From Candidatus Eiseniibacteriota bacterium (GTDB taxonomy: Bacteria > Eisenbacteria > RBG-16-71-46 > CAIMUX01 > VGJL01), in NCBI GenBank assembly GCA_963792585.1, contig CAWBWI010000006.1, positions 800,001 through 864,000 of the forward strand: a stretch of 64,000 bases of DNA. The letters are read 5' to 3'. Made by a program: the position numbers and the translations under genes. Below, one piece after another: positions 10,852 through 21,345 of the stretch. The first letter of the stretch is position 1, and each line of letters begins with the position of its first letter. Below the pieces are notes generated by a model. That model made no database searches. It was given only the letters and a program-made list of their open reading frames with translations, and had not been told where the DNA came from.

Positions 10852-11835
10852 TCAGGGTCGCAGGACCAGCGCCCCGCGCACCCGCCCTTGCCGGAGGGCG
10901 TCGAGCGCCTCGTTCGCCCGCGCGAGCGGGTAGACTTCGACCTCCGTCCGCACGGGCACGCGCGGCGCGAGCGCGAGGAACTCCTCGCCGTCGCGGCGCG
11001 TCAGATTCGCCACCGAACGCACCACGCGCTCCCCCCAGAGGATCGAGTAGGGGAACGTCGGAATGTCGCTCATGTGGATCCCGGCGCAGACGACCGTCCC
11101 GCCCTTCCGCACAACCCGCAACGCCGCGGGAATCAGGCCTCCCACCGGCGCGAAGATGATGGCCGCATCGATAGGTTCGGGAGGCGCTTCCTCCGATGCC
11201 CCTGTCCATTCCGCGCCCAGATCGCGCGCGAACCGCCGGCTCTCCTCATCCCCGGCGCGCGTGAAGGCAAAGACCCGCCTTTTCTGCCAGAGGGCGACCT
11301 GCGCCACGATGTGCGCGGCCGCGCCGAAACCGTAGAGGCCGAGCGTCGCCGCATCCCCCGCCGCCACGAGCGACCGATAGCCGATCAGACCGGCGCACAG
11401 CAAAGGCGCGGCCTGGACATCGGAAAACTCATCGGGGACGGGAAAACAGAAGCGCGCGTCCGCGACGGCGAACTCCGCGTACCCCCCTTGGATCTGATAG
11501 CCGGTGAAGCGCGCCCGATCGCAGAGGTTCTCCCGACCCGCCTGACAGAACCCGCAGACGCCGCAGGTCCAGCCGAGCCACGGCACGCCGACCCGCTGGC
11601 CGACCCGGGCCGGGTCGACCCCGGCCCCGACCCCGACAACCGTTCCGACGATCTCGTGCCCCGGAATGATCGGCAACGCCGGATCGGTCAGGTCGCCGTC
11701 CACGACGTGGAGGTCCGTGCGACACACGGCGCATGCATGGACTTTGATGAGGAGTTGGTCCGGACCGGCTTCGGGACGCGGAAGATCCGCATCCCGAAGC
11801 GGGCGCGAAGGAGCGTCGAGAACCATCGCGCGCAT
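10852..11835 (-). CDS. Zinc-dependent alcohol dehydrogenase (MDR family)
   Basis: CRTDLH, GHEIVG, CGVCGFC..ENLC, PLLCAG, GFGAAAH; start MRAMVLD at 11835. Confidence 0.92.
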   Translation of the reverse strand: MRAMVLDAPSRPLRDADLPRPEAGPDQLLIKVHACAVCRTDLHVVDGDLTDPALPIIPGHEIVGTVVGVGAGVDPARVGQRVGVPWLGWTCGVCGFCQAGRENLCDRARFTGYQIQGGYAEFAVADARFCFPVPDEFSDVQAAPLLCAGLIGYRSLVAAGDAATLGLYGFGAAAHIVAQVALWQKRRVFAFTRAGDEESRRFARDLGAEWTGASEEAPPEPIDAAIIFAPVGGLIPAALRVVRKGGTVVCAGIHMSDIPTFPYSILWGERVVRSVANLTRRDGEEFLALAPRVPVRTEVEVYPLARANEALDALRQGRVRGALVLRP

Positions 11836-11864
11836 GCGCGCGCTTCCGGCTCCGGACGTGATGG

Positions 11865-14800
11865 CTACTTCTCCTTCCGGAACGACTCCCTGCTGTGGTC
11901 GGGAGCAGGGGCGAATGCCGGGGCGAGCGGCGGCTTCTCTCGATGGAGCCGCATGACTTCTACGATCGCCCGATCGAGCTGCGCATCGATCCCCCTCGCG
12001 AGATCCTGCGGGGTGTTGTCGATGTCGATATCGGGATCCACTCCGTGATTCTCGATGCCCCACCCCAGCTTCGGGCTGTACCACGCGAACTCGGGCTGCG
12101 TGAGCATGCCGCCGTCGACGAGCATCTTATCGCAGCGGATCCCGACGACGCCGCCCCATGACCGCTTGCCGATCACCGGCGCGAGCGCCCGCCGTCTGGA
12201 TCGCCGCCGGGAAGATGTCGCCGTCGGAACCGGCGAACTGATTGGTGAGCACGACGAACGGGCCGTTCAACACACGGACGGGGTAGGTGAAGACCGCGCC
12301 ATTGCGCTGCGGGTCCCACCAGATCAGCTTGCGAAGCAGCCGCTCGACGATCAGCTGGGACACGAACCCGCCGCCGTTCCAGCGGACGTCGACGACCATT
12401 CCCTCCTTGTCGAGCTGCGGGTAGAACCAGTTGTTGAACGCGACCAGTCCCCCGTCCACCATGTCGGGCAGATGGATGTAGCCGATCTTTCCGCCGGACT
12501 TCTGGGCGACGTACTCGCGATTCCCTCGCACCCAGTCGGCGTAGCGCAGGCGCGCTTCGTCACCGAGGTTCATCGGCGTGACCACGACGTCTCGCGCGCC
12601 CCCCATGTCGGGCTTCGTGTTGACCGTGAGCACGACCGGCTTGTCGGCCAGGTTCTGCGAGGCTTGCCTCGAAGGGAAGACCCGACCGAACGGCAGGTGA
12701 TTCACCGCGAGGATGTACTCGCCTTCCTTGACCCACGCCCGGCTCCTGCAGTGGCGATCGGACGTGATCGGCCGCGTCGCCCCGGTAGATACGCGTCGAC
12801 CTTGTAGACGTCGCCCTGCGCTGGAGACCTCGCCGCCAAGCAGTCCGGTGGGAATCGCTAGCGAATCCGCAGCCGGAGGTCGCCGCCCCAGACGTAGGTG
12901 TGCGAGTTCGTTGAGCTCGCCGATCATCTCGCCGATCAGGTCGCTCAGGTCGGCCCGCGTCGCCAGGCGCGGCAGCAGCGTCGCGTACTGGTCGCGGATC
13001 GCGGTCCAGTCGAGGCCCGACATCCCGGGTCCCAGAAGAAGTCACGCATGTTGCGCCACGCCTCGAAGTAGATCTGCGCCCATTCCTCGCGCGGGTCGAG
13101 GTCGATCACGACGTCGTCGAGACTGCAGCTTCGCTTCGGCAAGATCATCGGCCCGGCGGCGCGCCGGCATCGAGGACGAAGATCTCGCCCCGCTCCTTCA
13201 TGATCGCGATCTTGCGCCGCCCTTGGCCGGGAGGATCGTAGCCGGAGATCCCCTCGACGAAGGGCTTGGCCTCCCTCTTCTCGAGGTCGAATGCCATCAG
13301 GGTCGCCTTCGGCGCGGTTCGTCGCTCGCAGCGCGGCGCGCTGCTCGGCCATACCCTGATCGGGAACGAGATGTAGAAGAGCGTCTTGTCCGTGGCCGCG
13401 AGGCCGTAGTACCGTCCCGCCTCTACCGGGAGCTCGACAAACGCGATCGGCGAGACCATCGAAGTCGATCTCGACCGGCTTCGGCTTCGTCCTCCTTCGT
13501 CGTCCTTCTTGTCCTTGTCGGCCTTCTTCGTCCTTGGCCTTCTTCTCCTCCTTGGCCTTCTCGTCGCTCCTCCTTGGGCGGCAGCCCCGCGCTGTTCGCC
13601 AGCGGATTCTCCACGTCGGTCCGCAGCAGGACCATGTACGGGCGCGTGGCGCGCCTCGATGATTGTCTCAAGTCGCGCCTGTCGATCGATCGGGTTCGTG
13701 GTGCGATCGCGAGGAAGAACAGGTAGCGGCCCTCCGGATCCCAGGTCGGCGAGTCCGCTCGTCGGTGTGTAGGTCGTCACCTGGTGGATCGATCCGTCCT
13801 TCGTGTCGTAGATGAAGATCGCCCCGAGTCTGTCGTTGTTGGCGCGCTTGCGTGTAGGCCAGCCAGCGGCCGTCCGGGCTCCACGCGTACTCGCGGATCT
13901 CGGCCTGGACTCGCGGTCGACTTGCATCGGCTCTCCGCCGTCCGCCATCACGACGTACAGCGCATGGTCTGATCGCCGTAGGCGATCCACTTGCCGTCCG
14001 GCGACCAGATCGGCGGGAAGTGCCAGGCGCTCTGGCCCCGGGCTTGGTGACCTCCTTGGCCTCGCCGCGGCCCCAGGCGTCGGCCGTCCGATCTGCTCTT
14101 CGCCCGACCTCGTCGGTGACGTACAGGATCTGCTCCCCCTTCGGCTCGAAGATCGACGCAGCTCTCGCGCGCGCCGCTGCCGGGCGTGATCGGCAGGGTG
14201 ACCCCTTCCTTCTTCGCCGGGACCGAGTAGATCTCGCCGCGCGCCTCGACCGCCAGCGCGCTCGCCGTCGGGGGCGAGGGCGTAACCGGTCAGGTACTGC
14301 TGCGGATTCGGGTAGCGGGACGCGGGTCAGCGATTCGGTCGCTCGGCAGGTCGATCGCCAGCTTGCGCGCTCCTTGCCCGTGGCGGGATCGTACACGTGG
14401 ATGTCGCCGGCAAGCATGAAGACGATGCGGCCCTGCCTGTCCATGGACGGCCATCGGGCGTCCCAGGTCGCCCAGGTCGGTCAGCTGCTTGCGGTCCGTG
14501 CCGTCCGGCTTCATCGACCAGAGGTTCGCGGTGCCTCCCTGATCGCAGAGGAAGTAGATCCGCCCCTCATGCCACATCGGAAACGCGTCCATCCCCTCGA
14601 AGGTCGTGATCTGCTTGAAGTCTCCCTTTACGGGATCGCCGACCCAGATGTCGTCGGCCGTGCCGCCGCGATAGCGCTTCCAGGTGCCGCCACCACCCGA
14701 ACGGGTGAAGGCGTAGGCGCCGCTCACCGGATCGATGGAGAAGCTGACGATGTAACCGACCGGCAACTTCTGGGGATCGCCGCCCGCGGCGGGGATCTGA

Positions 14801-15234
14801 TAGAGCTCCCAATTGAAGTTTGGATGCTCGCGCCAGCTGCGGAAGAGGATCGACGTGCCGTCGGCCGTCCACCCGATCGGTTCGTCGTCGGCCGGGTGCC
14901 ATGTCAGGCGACGGGGCTCTCCTCCCTCGACGGGCATGACGAAGACGTCCCGGTTACCGTCGTATTCTCCCGCGAACGCGATCCACTTCCCGTCCGGCGA
15001 GATCTTCGCAAGGTACTCGCTGCCGGGATGAGAGGTCAGACGCCGGGCCGTCCCGCCGTCGAGCGGCGCGGTCCAGAGGTCCCCCTCCGCACCGAAAATA
15101 ACCTGGTTCCCGGAGAGTTCCGGGTATCGCAAGTACCCCGGCCCTGCCTGGGCCGGGGAGCCCGTCACGATCGCCGTCACTGCCAGAATTCCCAGAATGG
15201 CCGGCCAGCGAGCCGGGCCGCGAAGCATCCTCAT
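11865..15234 (-). CDS. Tricorn protease homolog (S41; beta-propellers, PDZ, catalytic domain), heavily frameshifted in this sequence
   Basis: N-terminal signal peptide, YLRYP..GDLW and WKRYRGG; EWAQIYFEAWR; GYIHLPDM, DVRWNGGG, AGSDGD; WGGVVG and IENHGVDPD are spread over successive minus-strand ORFs. Confidence 0.88.
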
Positions 15235-15652
15235 CACGCATCCCCCTTCGATCAAAGGTACCGGGAGGGCCCCATGCCATCCCCCCGGCGGCAAGAGGCT
15301 CTGATTCTAGACGGATTTCCGGAGAATCTGTTTCAAGGAAAACCGGCCAATTTGTATGGCGGGGGGTGACAGGGATCATTCCGTATTCATGGTCTCGATA
15401 CGAGGTTGGCGGATGGACGCGCGGCCGCGACGGGACGGGATGGGACCATTCGAATTCCCCCCGGGGCCTCGGGCCTGCATCGTCTATCCTGGGCGCCAGC
15501 GCGCACCCGCCGGCCGTCGGCAGGAGGTCTCGATCGGAGAGCGGCCCCCGGCATTCGGCTCGATCCGTCGACCGGCACCACGCACGCTCCGAGAGGTCAC
15601 AATCTCCGTAAACGTCGGCGGCCGGTTCGCAGGCGTGCTTGGGGGGCATGGC

Positions 15653-16345
15653 ATGAGACAGCTAGGACTCCGGACTGGAGCGGGGCTCCGCGCCGGGATT
15701 CTCTCCGGTGTCTTGATCGCCGGTTGGGCCACGGTCCCGCCACCGGCTCTCGCCGGAAACTCCCAGGACGGCGGGATGGGAACCTCGCCGGCCGTGGGGG
15801 TGGAACCGACCAGCCTCGGGGTGAAGCAGGCGGCTCTTGTGCCCGCCGACTCGACCGTGATCTTCCCGACGGTCGAAGGATCGAATCTGGAGGGTACGCC
15901 GTATGTCCTTCCCCGCGATCTGGAAGGCCGCTGCAACCTGCTCTTCATCGCCTTCCTGAGAGAACAGCAGGAGATGGTCGACACTTGGTTGCCGGCAGCC
16001 CGCTATCTCATGGGGGTATATCCAGAACTTCGATACTACGAGCTGCCGACCATTGCGCGGCTGAATCCGGTGACCAGGTGGTTCATCGACCGAGGGATGC
16101 GGGGCGGCATCTCCGATCCCGCCGCCCGCGCCGCCACGATCACCCTCTACATCGACAAGGAGCCCTTTCGCCGAGCGCTGGGAATCGAGGGCGAGCGGAC
16201 GATCACGGTCCTTCTCCTCGACGCTCGGGGACGCGTGGCCTGGAGGACCGAAGGTCCGCGGACGGATGCGCTGACGCAGGAACTGAATCGAGCGGTCCGC
16301 CGCTGGATCCGTGACGCAAGTCCGTCCGCCGTGGATGCCCGATGA
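15653..16345 (+). CDS. Exported thioredoxin-fold protein without CxxC (ATP10-like), function unknown
   Basis: Signal-like N-terminus; FPTVEGSNLEG..LPRDL, AFLREQQ..VDTW, LLLDARGRVAWRTEG. Confidence 0.6.
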   Translation: MRQLGLRTGAGLRAGILSGVLIAGWATVPPPALAGNSQDGGMGTSPAVGVEPTSLGVKQAALVPADSTVIFPTVEGSNLEGTPYVLPRDLEGRCNLLFIAFLREQQEMVDTWLPAARYLMGVYPELRYYELPTIARLNPVTRWFIDRGMRGGISDPAARAATITLYIDKEPFRRALGIEGERTITVLLLDARGRVAWRTEGPRTDALTQELNRAVRRWIRDASPSAVDAR

Positions 16346-16931
16346 TCCCCGGCCGAGGAGCCCGATCAGGGTGAAGCAGACTCCGCCGGGCGACCCATGG
16401 GCGACCCTCGGCGCGAACGCCCTCCTGGTCGAGCTCGTATCGCACCGGCCGGAATGGGCAACCATCTTCCGCGGGGAAGCCAAACGCATCGCCCGCGCCT
16501 GCGGGGGACTTGTTCCTACCATCGAGCACATCGGGAGCACGGCCGTCCCGGGTCTGATCGCCAAGCCGATCCTCGACATGATGCCTGGAATCGCCCGGCT
16601 GGAGGACGGACCCGCCACGATCGATCCGATGGAGTCGCTCGGCTATGCCTGCAAGGGAGAACACGGAATCCCCGGCCGTCTCTACTTCGAGATGCACCGC
16701 GACGGCCTGAAGGTCGCCCACGCGCACATGTTCGTGATCGGGACCGAGGATTGGGAGCGCCATCTCCTCTTCCGCGACTACTTGCGAGATCATCCCGACG
16801 CGGCCCGTGAGTACGCGGAGCTGAAGCTGGAGCTGTCGGCGCGTTACCGCAACGATCGTCCCTCGTACACCGACGGCAAGACCGATTTCATCCGCTCGGT
16901 CGTCGAGCGCGCGCGGGATACCCGACGATGA
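16311..16931 (+). CDS. GrpB/UPF0157 family nucleotidyltransferase-fold protein
   Basis: IEHIGSTAVPGLIAKPILD, FRDYLR, YAELK..L, YTDGK; exact start uncertain. Confidence 0.9.
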   Translation: MTQVRPPWMPDDPRPRSPIRVKQTPPGDPWATLGANALLVELVSHRPEWATIFRGEAKRIARACGGLVPTIEHIGSTAVPGLIAKPILDMMPGIARLEDGPATIDPMESLGYACKGEHGIPGRLYFEMHRDGLKVAHAHMFVIGTEDWERHLLFRDYLRDHPDAAREYAELKLELSARYRNDRPSYTDGKTDFIRSVVERARDTRR

Positions 16932-17003
16932 ACTCCTCGGAATGCTGATCGCGGAACATCCACACTCGGATTGCAGCCGGGGCAAATCGCGACGAGCGCG
17001 CGC

Positions 17004-17243
17004 CTACCTGCGTTTGCTCTCGACGAGGCGCGCGACGGCCGTGAAGGTCTCGAAGTTCTCCGGAAGGACGTCCGCGTCGCCGATTCGGATCGCGAAACTC
17101 CGCTCGAGGAAGGCGATGAAGTCGATCATCGCGATCGAGTCGAAGGTCTTGTAGACCGGAAGGGCGGCAATATCGGGCGCCTGCGAGGCGCGCGGCGCGT
17201 GACCGCGCACGTAATCGATGATGGTCTCGAGGGTCTTGTCCAT
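17004..17243 (-). CDS. Acyl carrier protein
   Basis: 79 aa; DSIAM phosphopantetheinyl-Ser motif; FLE..F.I.I..DVLPENFET. Confidence 0.85.
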   Translation of the reverse strand: MDKTLETIIDYVRGHAPRASQAPDIAALPVYKTFDSIAMIDFIAFLERSFAIRIGDADVLPENFETFTAVARLVESKRR

Positions 17244-17245
17244 TC

Positions 17246-18730
17246 CTAGGATTCCTTGAGCTTGGTTCTGTCGAGTTTGCCGTAGAGGGTCCGAGGCAAC
17301 GCATCCACGATCCGGATCTCGCGCGGGACCTTGTAACCGGAGACCATCAGCCGGCAGTGCTGGAGCATCGTCTCCGGCTCGACCGCCGCGCCCGCCTCCA
17401 CCACGACCTTTGCCCGGACCGATTCGCCCGTCACGGGGTCGGCGACGCCGAAAACCCCTGCCTCGGCGACTCCCCTCACCTCGAGAAGGACGCGCTCGAT
17501 ATCTTCGGGCGAGACCTTTTCGTTGCCTACGTTGATCACATTGCTCGCGCGTCCCGTCAGGACAAGTCGATTCCCTTCGTCGAGGTATCCCAGATCACCG
17601 GTGTGCAGCCAACCGTTCCTCAGCTTGGCGGTTGTCGCCTCTGCATCTCGCCAGTAGCCGCGCATCAGACTCGTGCCGCCCACGACGACCTCCCCCACCT
17701 CGTGGACGGGGACGGGTCGATCGTCGTCGGAACGGATCTCCATGCGGGTGCCCTGGACCGTGATTCCGACCGGATAGAATCGGGCGGGATCATCGCTTCC
17801 CTGGTCCTCGACCCAGTGGTAGCTGATGCGCGGAGAGTTCTCGGAGGCCCCGTACATATTGACGATTCGGGTATTCGGGAAGCGCTCGCAGAGCCGCCTG
17901 ACCAGACGTCCGTCGAGGAACTGCCCGCCCGACATGACATAGCGCACGCTGCGGAGATTCCAATCGGTGGGTATATCCAAGCCCAGGATAATCCGGAAGG
18001 AGGTGGGGTTCGCCGCCAACCCAGTCAGTCCATGGACGGAGCACGCCTGGGGAACGACCATCGGGAAACGCAGATAGGACGGGATTGGGAAGATCGCTGC
18101 GCCCGCCAGCGCGTGGGTCAGAAACTGGGATACTGCGTATGCATAGCAGGTCGGCGTGAATACCGCAGTCGAGTCGGACTTAGACAGTTCCAGATAACAA
18201 GCTACCGCCCTGACATTCGCCGATATTGCGGACTCGGGAAGGACCACACCCTTCGGAGCCCCGGTCGTGCCGCTGGTATAGATGATGATCGCGTCGTCCG
18301 GATCGGACGGCGCGGGCTCCGGCAAGTGTGGGAAGTGATAGAGACGGGCGTCCGCCTCGTCGGCCTCCGACACCGCCTCCGGCGTTTCTCCCACGGCCGG
18401 CTCGGCACCGGCGAGCATCCACGTCGGCTGGGCGTGAAGAAAGCAGCGCCGCTGCTCGAAGGGCGTCCACGAGGTGCCGAAGAGCACGGTCGTCGCGCCG
18501 GCCGCACGGATGGCGAGCAACCCCACGAGATACCCGGCTCCGGGATCGAGGCAGAGTCCGATGCGCGCGCCCGGCCCCGCTCCCGCTTCGGAGAGCCTTC
18601 CCGCGAGACGATCGACCCTGCGGCGCAGCTCACCGTACGTCGCGGCGTCCTTCCCCAGGATCGCGGGCCGGTCTCCGTCATCGGTTTTACCGAGGATCTC
18701 TTGATAGATGCTCGCGACGGAGACGCTCAT
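17246..18730 (-). CDS. AMP-forming acyl ligase (ANL/class I adenylate-forming enzyme)
   Basis: YTSGTTGAPKG, NMYGASE, TGDLG, YKVP, GKLDR; ATG 18730 overlaps the upstream stop. Confidence 0.92.
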   Translation of the reverse strand: MSVSVASIYQEILGKTDDGDRPAILGKDAATYGELRRRVDRLAGRLSEAGAGPGARIGLCLDPGAGYLVGLLAIRAAGATTVLFGTSWTPFEQRRCFLHAQPTWMLAGAEPAVGETPEAVSEADEADARLYHFPHLPEPAPSDPDDAIIIYTSGTTGAPKGVVLPESAISANVRAVACYLELSKSDSTAVFTPTCYAYAVSQFLTHALAGAAIFPIPSYLRFPMVVPQACSVHGLTGLAANPTSFRIILGLDIPTDWNLRSVRYVMSGGQFLDGRLVRRLCERFPNTRIVNMYGASENSPRISYHWVEDQGSDDPARFYPVGITVQGTRMEIRSDDDRPVPVHEVGEVVVGGTSLMRGYWRDAEATTAKLRNGWLHTGDLGYLDEGNRLVLTGRASNVINVGNEKVSPEDIERVLLEVRGVAEAGVFGVADPVTGESVRAKVVVEAGAAVEPETMLQHCRLMVSGYKVPREIRIVDALPRTLYGKLDRTKLKES

Positions 18731-19398
18731 GGGAAACGGAGCTCCACGGGATCCTGGTACCGGATCACCCGCCCCGGATTCCCGATCACGAAAGCATTGT
18801 CCGGAACGTCCCGCAGGACCACCGTACCCGCGGCCAGCTGCACGTTGCGGCCGATTCGAACGCCCCCCGAGCGGATCACACACCCCACGCCGCACGCGAA
18901 GTTCTCTCCGATCGTCGCAGTCGAGCCGATGACCGAACCGCCCCCGACCACGCAGTTGCGCTCGATCGTCACGTCGTGGAGGATCTTCACGCCGCTGCCG
19001 ATGAAGGCATACGGCGCGATCGTTACCTTGTTCAAGATAATCGTCCCGAAGGAGATCAACCCGCCCTCCCCGATTACGAGATCCGAGGCGGCGACGACCG
19101 ACGGCTCGATCGCCGTGATCGCCTCCAACCCGTTCTGCTCGAGGAGCGCGAACATTCCGAGCCGCAAGCCGAGATCCCCCAGGACCGGGAGCCCACCCAC
19201 GACACCCTCATCCTTCAGCCGCGGGAGAAGGTCGAATCCCCCGAGAACCGGAATGTCGTAGTAGAGCTGTCCCTGCTTCGCGGGATCCGTGTCGAGGTAG
19301 CCGACGCACGAGAACGCGGGCAGACGGCGAAGGATCTCACCGAGCAGCCGGGCCGACTGCCCTGCGCAGAGGATGACGATCGTCTTGCGGCCGGTCAC
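18727..19398 (-). CDS. NeuD/PglD-like hexapeptide-repeat acyltransferase
   Basis: Rossmann-like N-terminus (IVILCAG..), left-handed beta-helix repeats, HD motif, C-terminal VPDNAFVIGNPGR; GTG 19398 overlaps the cimA stop. Confidence 0.85.
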   Translation of the reverse strand: MTGRKTIVILCAGQSARLLGEILRRLPAFSCVGYLDTDPAKQGQLYYDIPVLGGFDLLPRLKDEGVVGGLPVLGDLGLRLGMFALLEQNGLEAITAIEPSVVAASDLVIGEGGLISFGTIILNKVTIAPYAFIGSGVKILHDVTIERNCVVGGGSVIGSTATIGENFACGVGCVIRSGGVRIGRNVQLAAGTVVLRDVPDNAFVIGNPGRVIRYQDPVELRFP

Positions 19399-21044
19399 CG
19401 GGTCGAGGGTCCCTCCTTGGCGTCGGCGCGGGCCATCGCCTCGTCGAGCGTTCCCTCGCTCCGGAGGATCGCATACTCGTAGCCCTCGAGCAGGCATTGC
19501 CAGATCGCGCGGTCAAGGTCGGTCGAGACCGCCACGGTCCCCCACCGGTGCTCGCCCCTCTGGAATTGCAGCGTGACGCGCACGCGCTTGCCCTTCTCGC
19601 TGCGAGAGTGAACGAAGTAGGCATGGAAATCCGAGACCGCGACCGACCCGATCCATGGATAGTCCGTCGCCAGCGCCGCGGAGAGCGCTCGGGAATGGGT
19701 CTGGACCGGGCCCTGAGCCTCCGCACCGCCTTGGCGCATCAGGTCTCCAACCGTGATCTCGACGGTGGTGCGCGTCGATCCGCCGTTGTCGGGCTTGCCG
19801 GAACTCAGCGTCTCGCAGCGCGAGATCGTGAAGGGCGCGTGGTAGATCCCGAGATGCTGGCGAACGATGAGTTCGAAGCTCGCCTCGGCGCTCTCGAAGA
19901 CGTATCCCTCGTTCTCGAGATCCATCACCCGATCGAGGATTCGCTTGAGGAGAGCCTTGTCCGAACTGCGCTCCCCGATCATCTTCGTCAACTTGTCCTG
20001 GACGTTGCTCGTCCCCGACAGCTCGCTGATCAGCATGTGGCGCGCGTTTCCGACGCTCTCCGGCGGCACGTGCTCATACGTAGAGACGTTCTTCAACACC
20101 GCGTGCACGTGCATCCCGCCCTTGTGCGTGAAGGCGGCGGGCCCGACGTACGGCTGATGGATCTGAGGCGAGAGGTTCGCCAGCTCGTCGACGAAGCGAC
20201 TCACCGAGACCAGGCGCTTCAGGCTTTCGGGACCGTCGAGCACTTCGTAGCCGAGCTTGAGCGCGAGGTTCGCGATCACCGGAATGAGGTCGACGTTTCC
20301 GCACCGCTCGCCGACGCCGTTGATCGTCCCCTGGACCTGAACCGCGCCGTGCTTGACCGCCGTCAGCGCATTCGCGACCGCGACCCCGGAGTCGTTGTGA
20401 AGGTGGACGCCGACGCGCGCGCCGGGCATCGCCGCGCGGATCGCCGCGAAGATCTCGGCCAACTCATCCGGCATCGTCCCACCGTTGGTGTCGCAAAGGC
20501 AGAGCAGCCGCGCGCCGTTGGTCGCCGCCGCCTTGAGCGTAGCGAGCGCGTACTCCGCGTTGCGCTTGAAGCCGTCGAAGAACTGCTCCGCGTCGTAGAT
20601 CACCTCACGCTTGCTCGCGGTGAGAAACGCCACGCTCTCGCCGATCATCTTCAGATTCTCGTCCAAGGAGACCTGCAGGACCTCGCGCACGTGGAAGTCG
20701 GAGGTCTTGCCGACGAGGGCGATCGCCGGGGCCTGGGACTCGACGAGGGCGACCATGCCCGGATCCTCGGCGGCGGGGATCCCCTTGCGTCGGGTCATTC
20801 CAAAAGCGGCGACCTTGGCGTGGCGGAGAGGCTGCGTGCGGATCTCGCGAAAGAAAGCGACGTCCTTCGGATTCGAGAGTGGATACCCCCCCTCCACGTA
20901 GTCGACGCCGAGGAGGTCCAGCTCCCGGGCGATGGCCACCTTGTCCTCGAGGGACAGGTTGAAGCCCAGACCTTGGGTTCCATCGCGTAACGTGGTGTCG
21001 TATATTTCGATGCGACGTCCTGGCACGATCGTTCCTTCCGGCAT
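19395..21044 (-). CDS. cimA: Citramalate synthase (DRE-TIM metallolyase with C-terminal regulatory domain)
   Basis: DTTLRDGTQG, HLHNDSG, GERCGN, FTHKGGMH, YEHVPPESVGN, SELSG, WGTV; GGAGG RBS upstream of ATG 21044. Confidence 0.88.
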   Translation of the reverse strand: MPEGTIVPGRRIEIYDTTLRDGTQGLGFNLSLEDKVAIARELDLLGVDYVEGGYPLSNPKDVAFFREIRTQPLRHAKVAAFGMTRRKGIPAAEDPGMVALVESQAPAIALVGKTSDFHVREVLQVSLDENLKMIGESVAFLTASKREVIYDAEQFFDGFKRNAEYALATLKAAATNGARLLCLCDTNGGTMPDELAEIFAAIRAAMPGARVGVHLHNDSGVAVANALTAVKHGAVQVQGTINGVGERCGNVDLIPVIANLALKLGYEVLDGPESLKRLVSVSRFVDELANLSPQIHQPYVGPAAFTHKGGMHVHAVLKNVSTYEHVPPESVGNARHMLISELSGTSNVQDKLTKMIGERSSDKALLKRILDRVMDLENEGYVFESAEASFELIVRQHLGIYHAPFTISRCETLSSGKPDNGGSTRTTVEITVGDLMRQGGAEAQGPVQTHSRALSAALATDYPWIGSVAVSDFHAYFVHSRSEKGKRVRVTLQFQRGEHRWGTVAVSTDLDRAIWQCLLEGYEYAILRSEGTLDEAMARADAKEGPSTR

Positions 21045-21345
21045 TTCACACCTCCCGAGAGCGGTTGCTTCATGGGAATTCGGCCGATGCTCGGGCCTCC
21101 TGAAGCCATGGCTTCCCGCCCCGGACTGTGGAGAATAGACGCCCCCGGGGGGCGCGACAACCGCGGGATCGGGTTCGCGAGGGCGGGCGGGCCTGCGGGC
21201 CGGCCCGCGGGGGACGACCCGTGGTGATCGGCCGCTCGAGGCCCGCTCGGGATCCGCGCCGGATCCGCGCGGGCACACGGCAACGACCACCGCGCCGCAT
21301 GCCACCTGTCGGACGGACCGTTCGTGCGGTAAGATTCGGACCGCA

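Noticed and set aside
11865..15234. Tricorn gene as a true pseudogene or programmed frameshift
   Set aside because: Many scattered small indels with intact motifs and no slippery-site pattern; the same error type appears in unrelated genes nearby.
15360..15462. Possible tRNA/tmRNA/SRP-like RNA (GGGGGG..TTCGAATTCCCCCC with some internal pairing)
   Set aside because: No cloverleaf, CCA end or SRP core (CAGG..GGAAG..AGCAG) could be built; the pairing may be chance in GC-rich DNA. An Infernal/Rfam scan would settle it.
21120..21300. GC-rich inverted repeats between cimA and the GTPase as a riboswitch or attenuator
   Set aside because: No recognisable aptamer or leader peptide; short palindromes are expected at this GC content.
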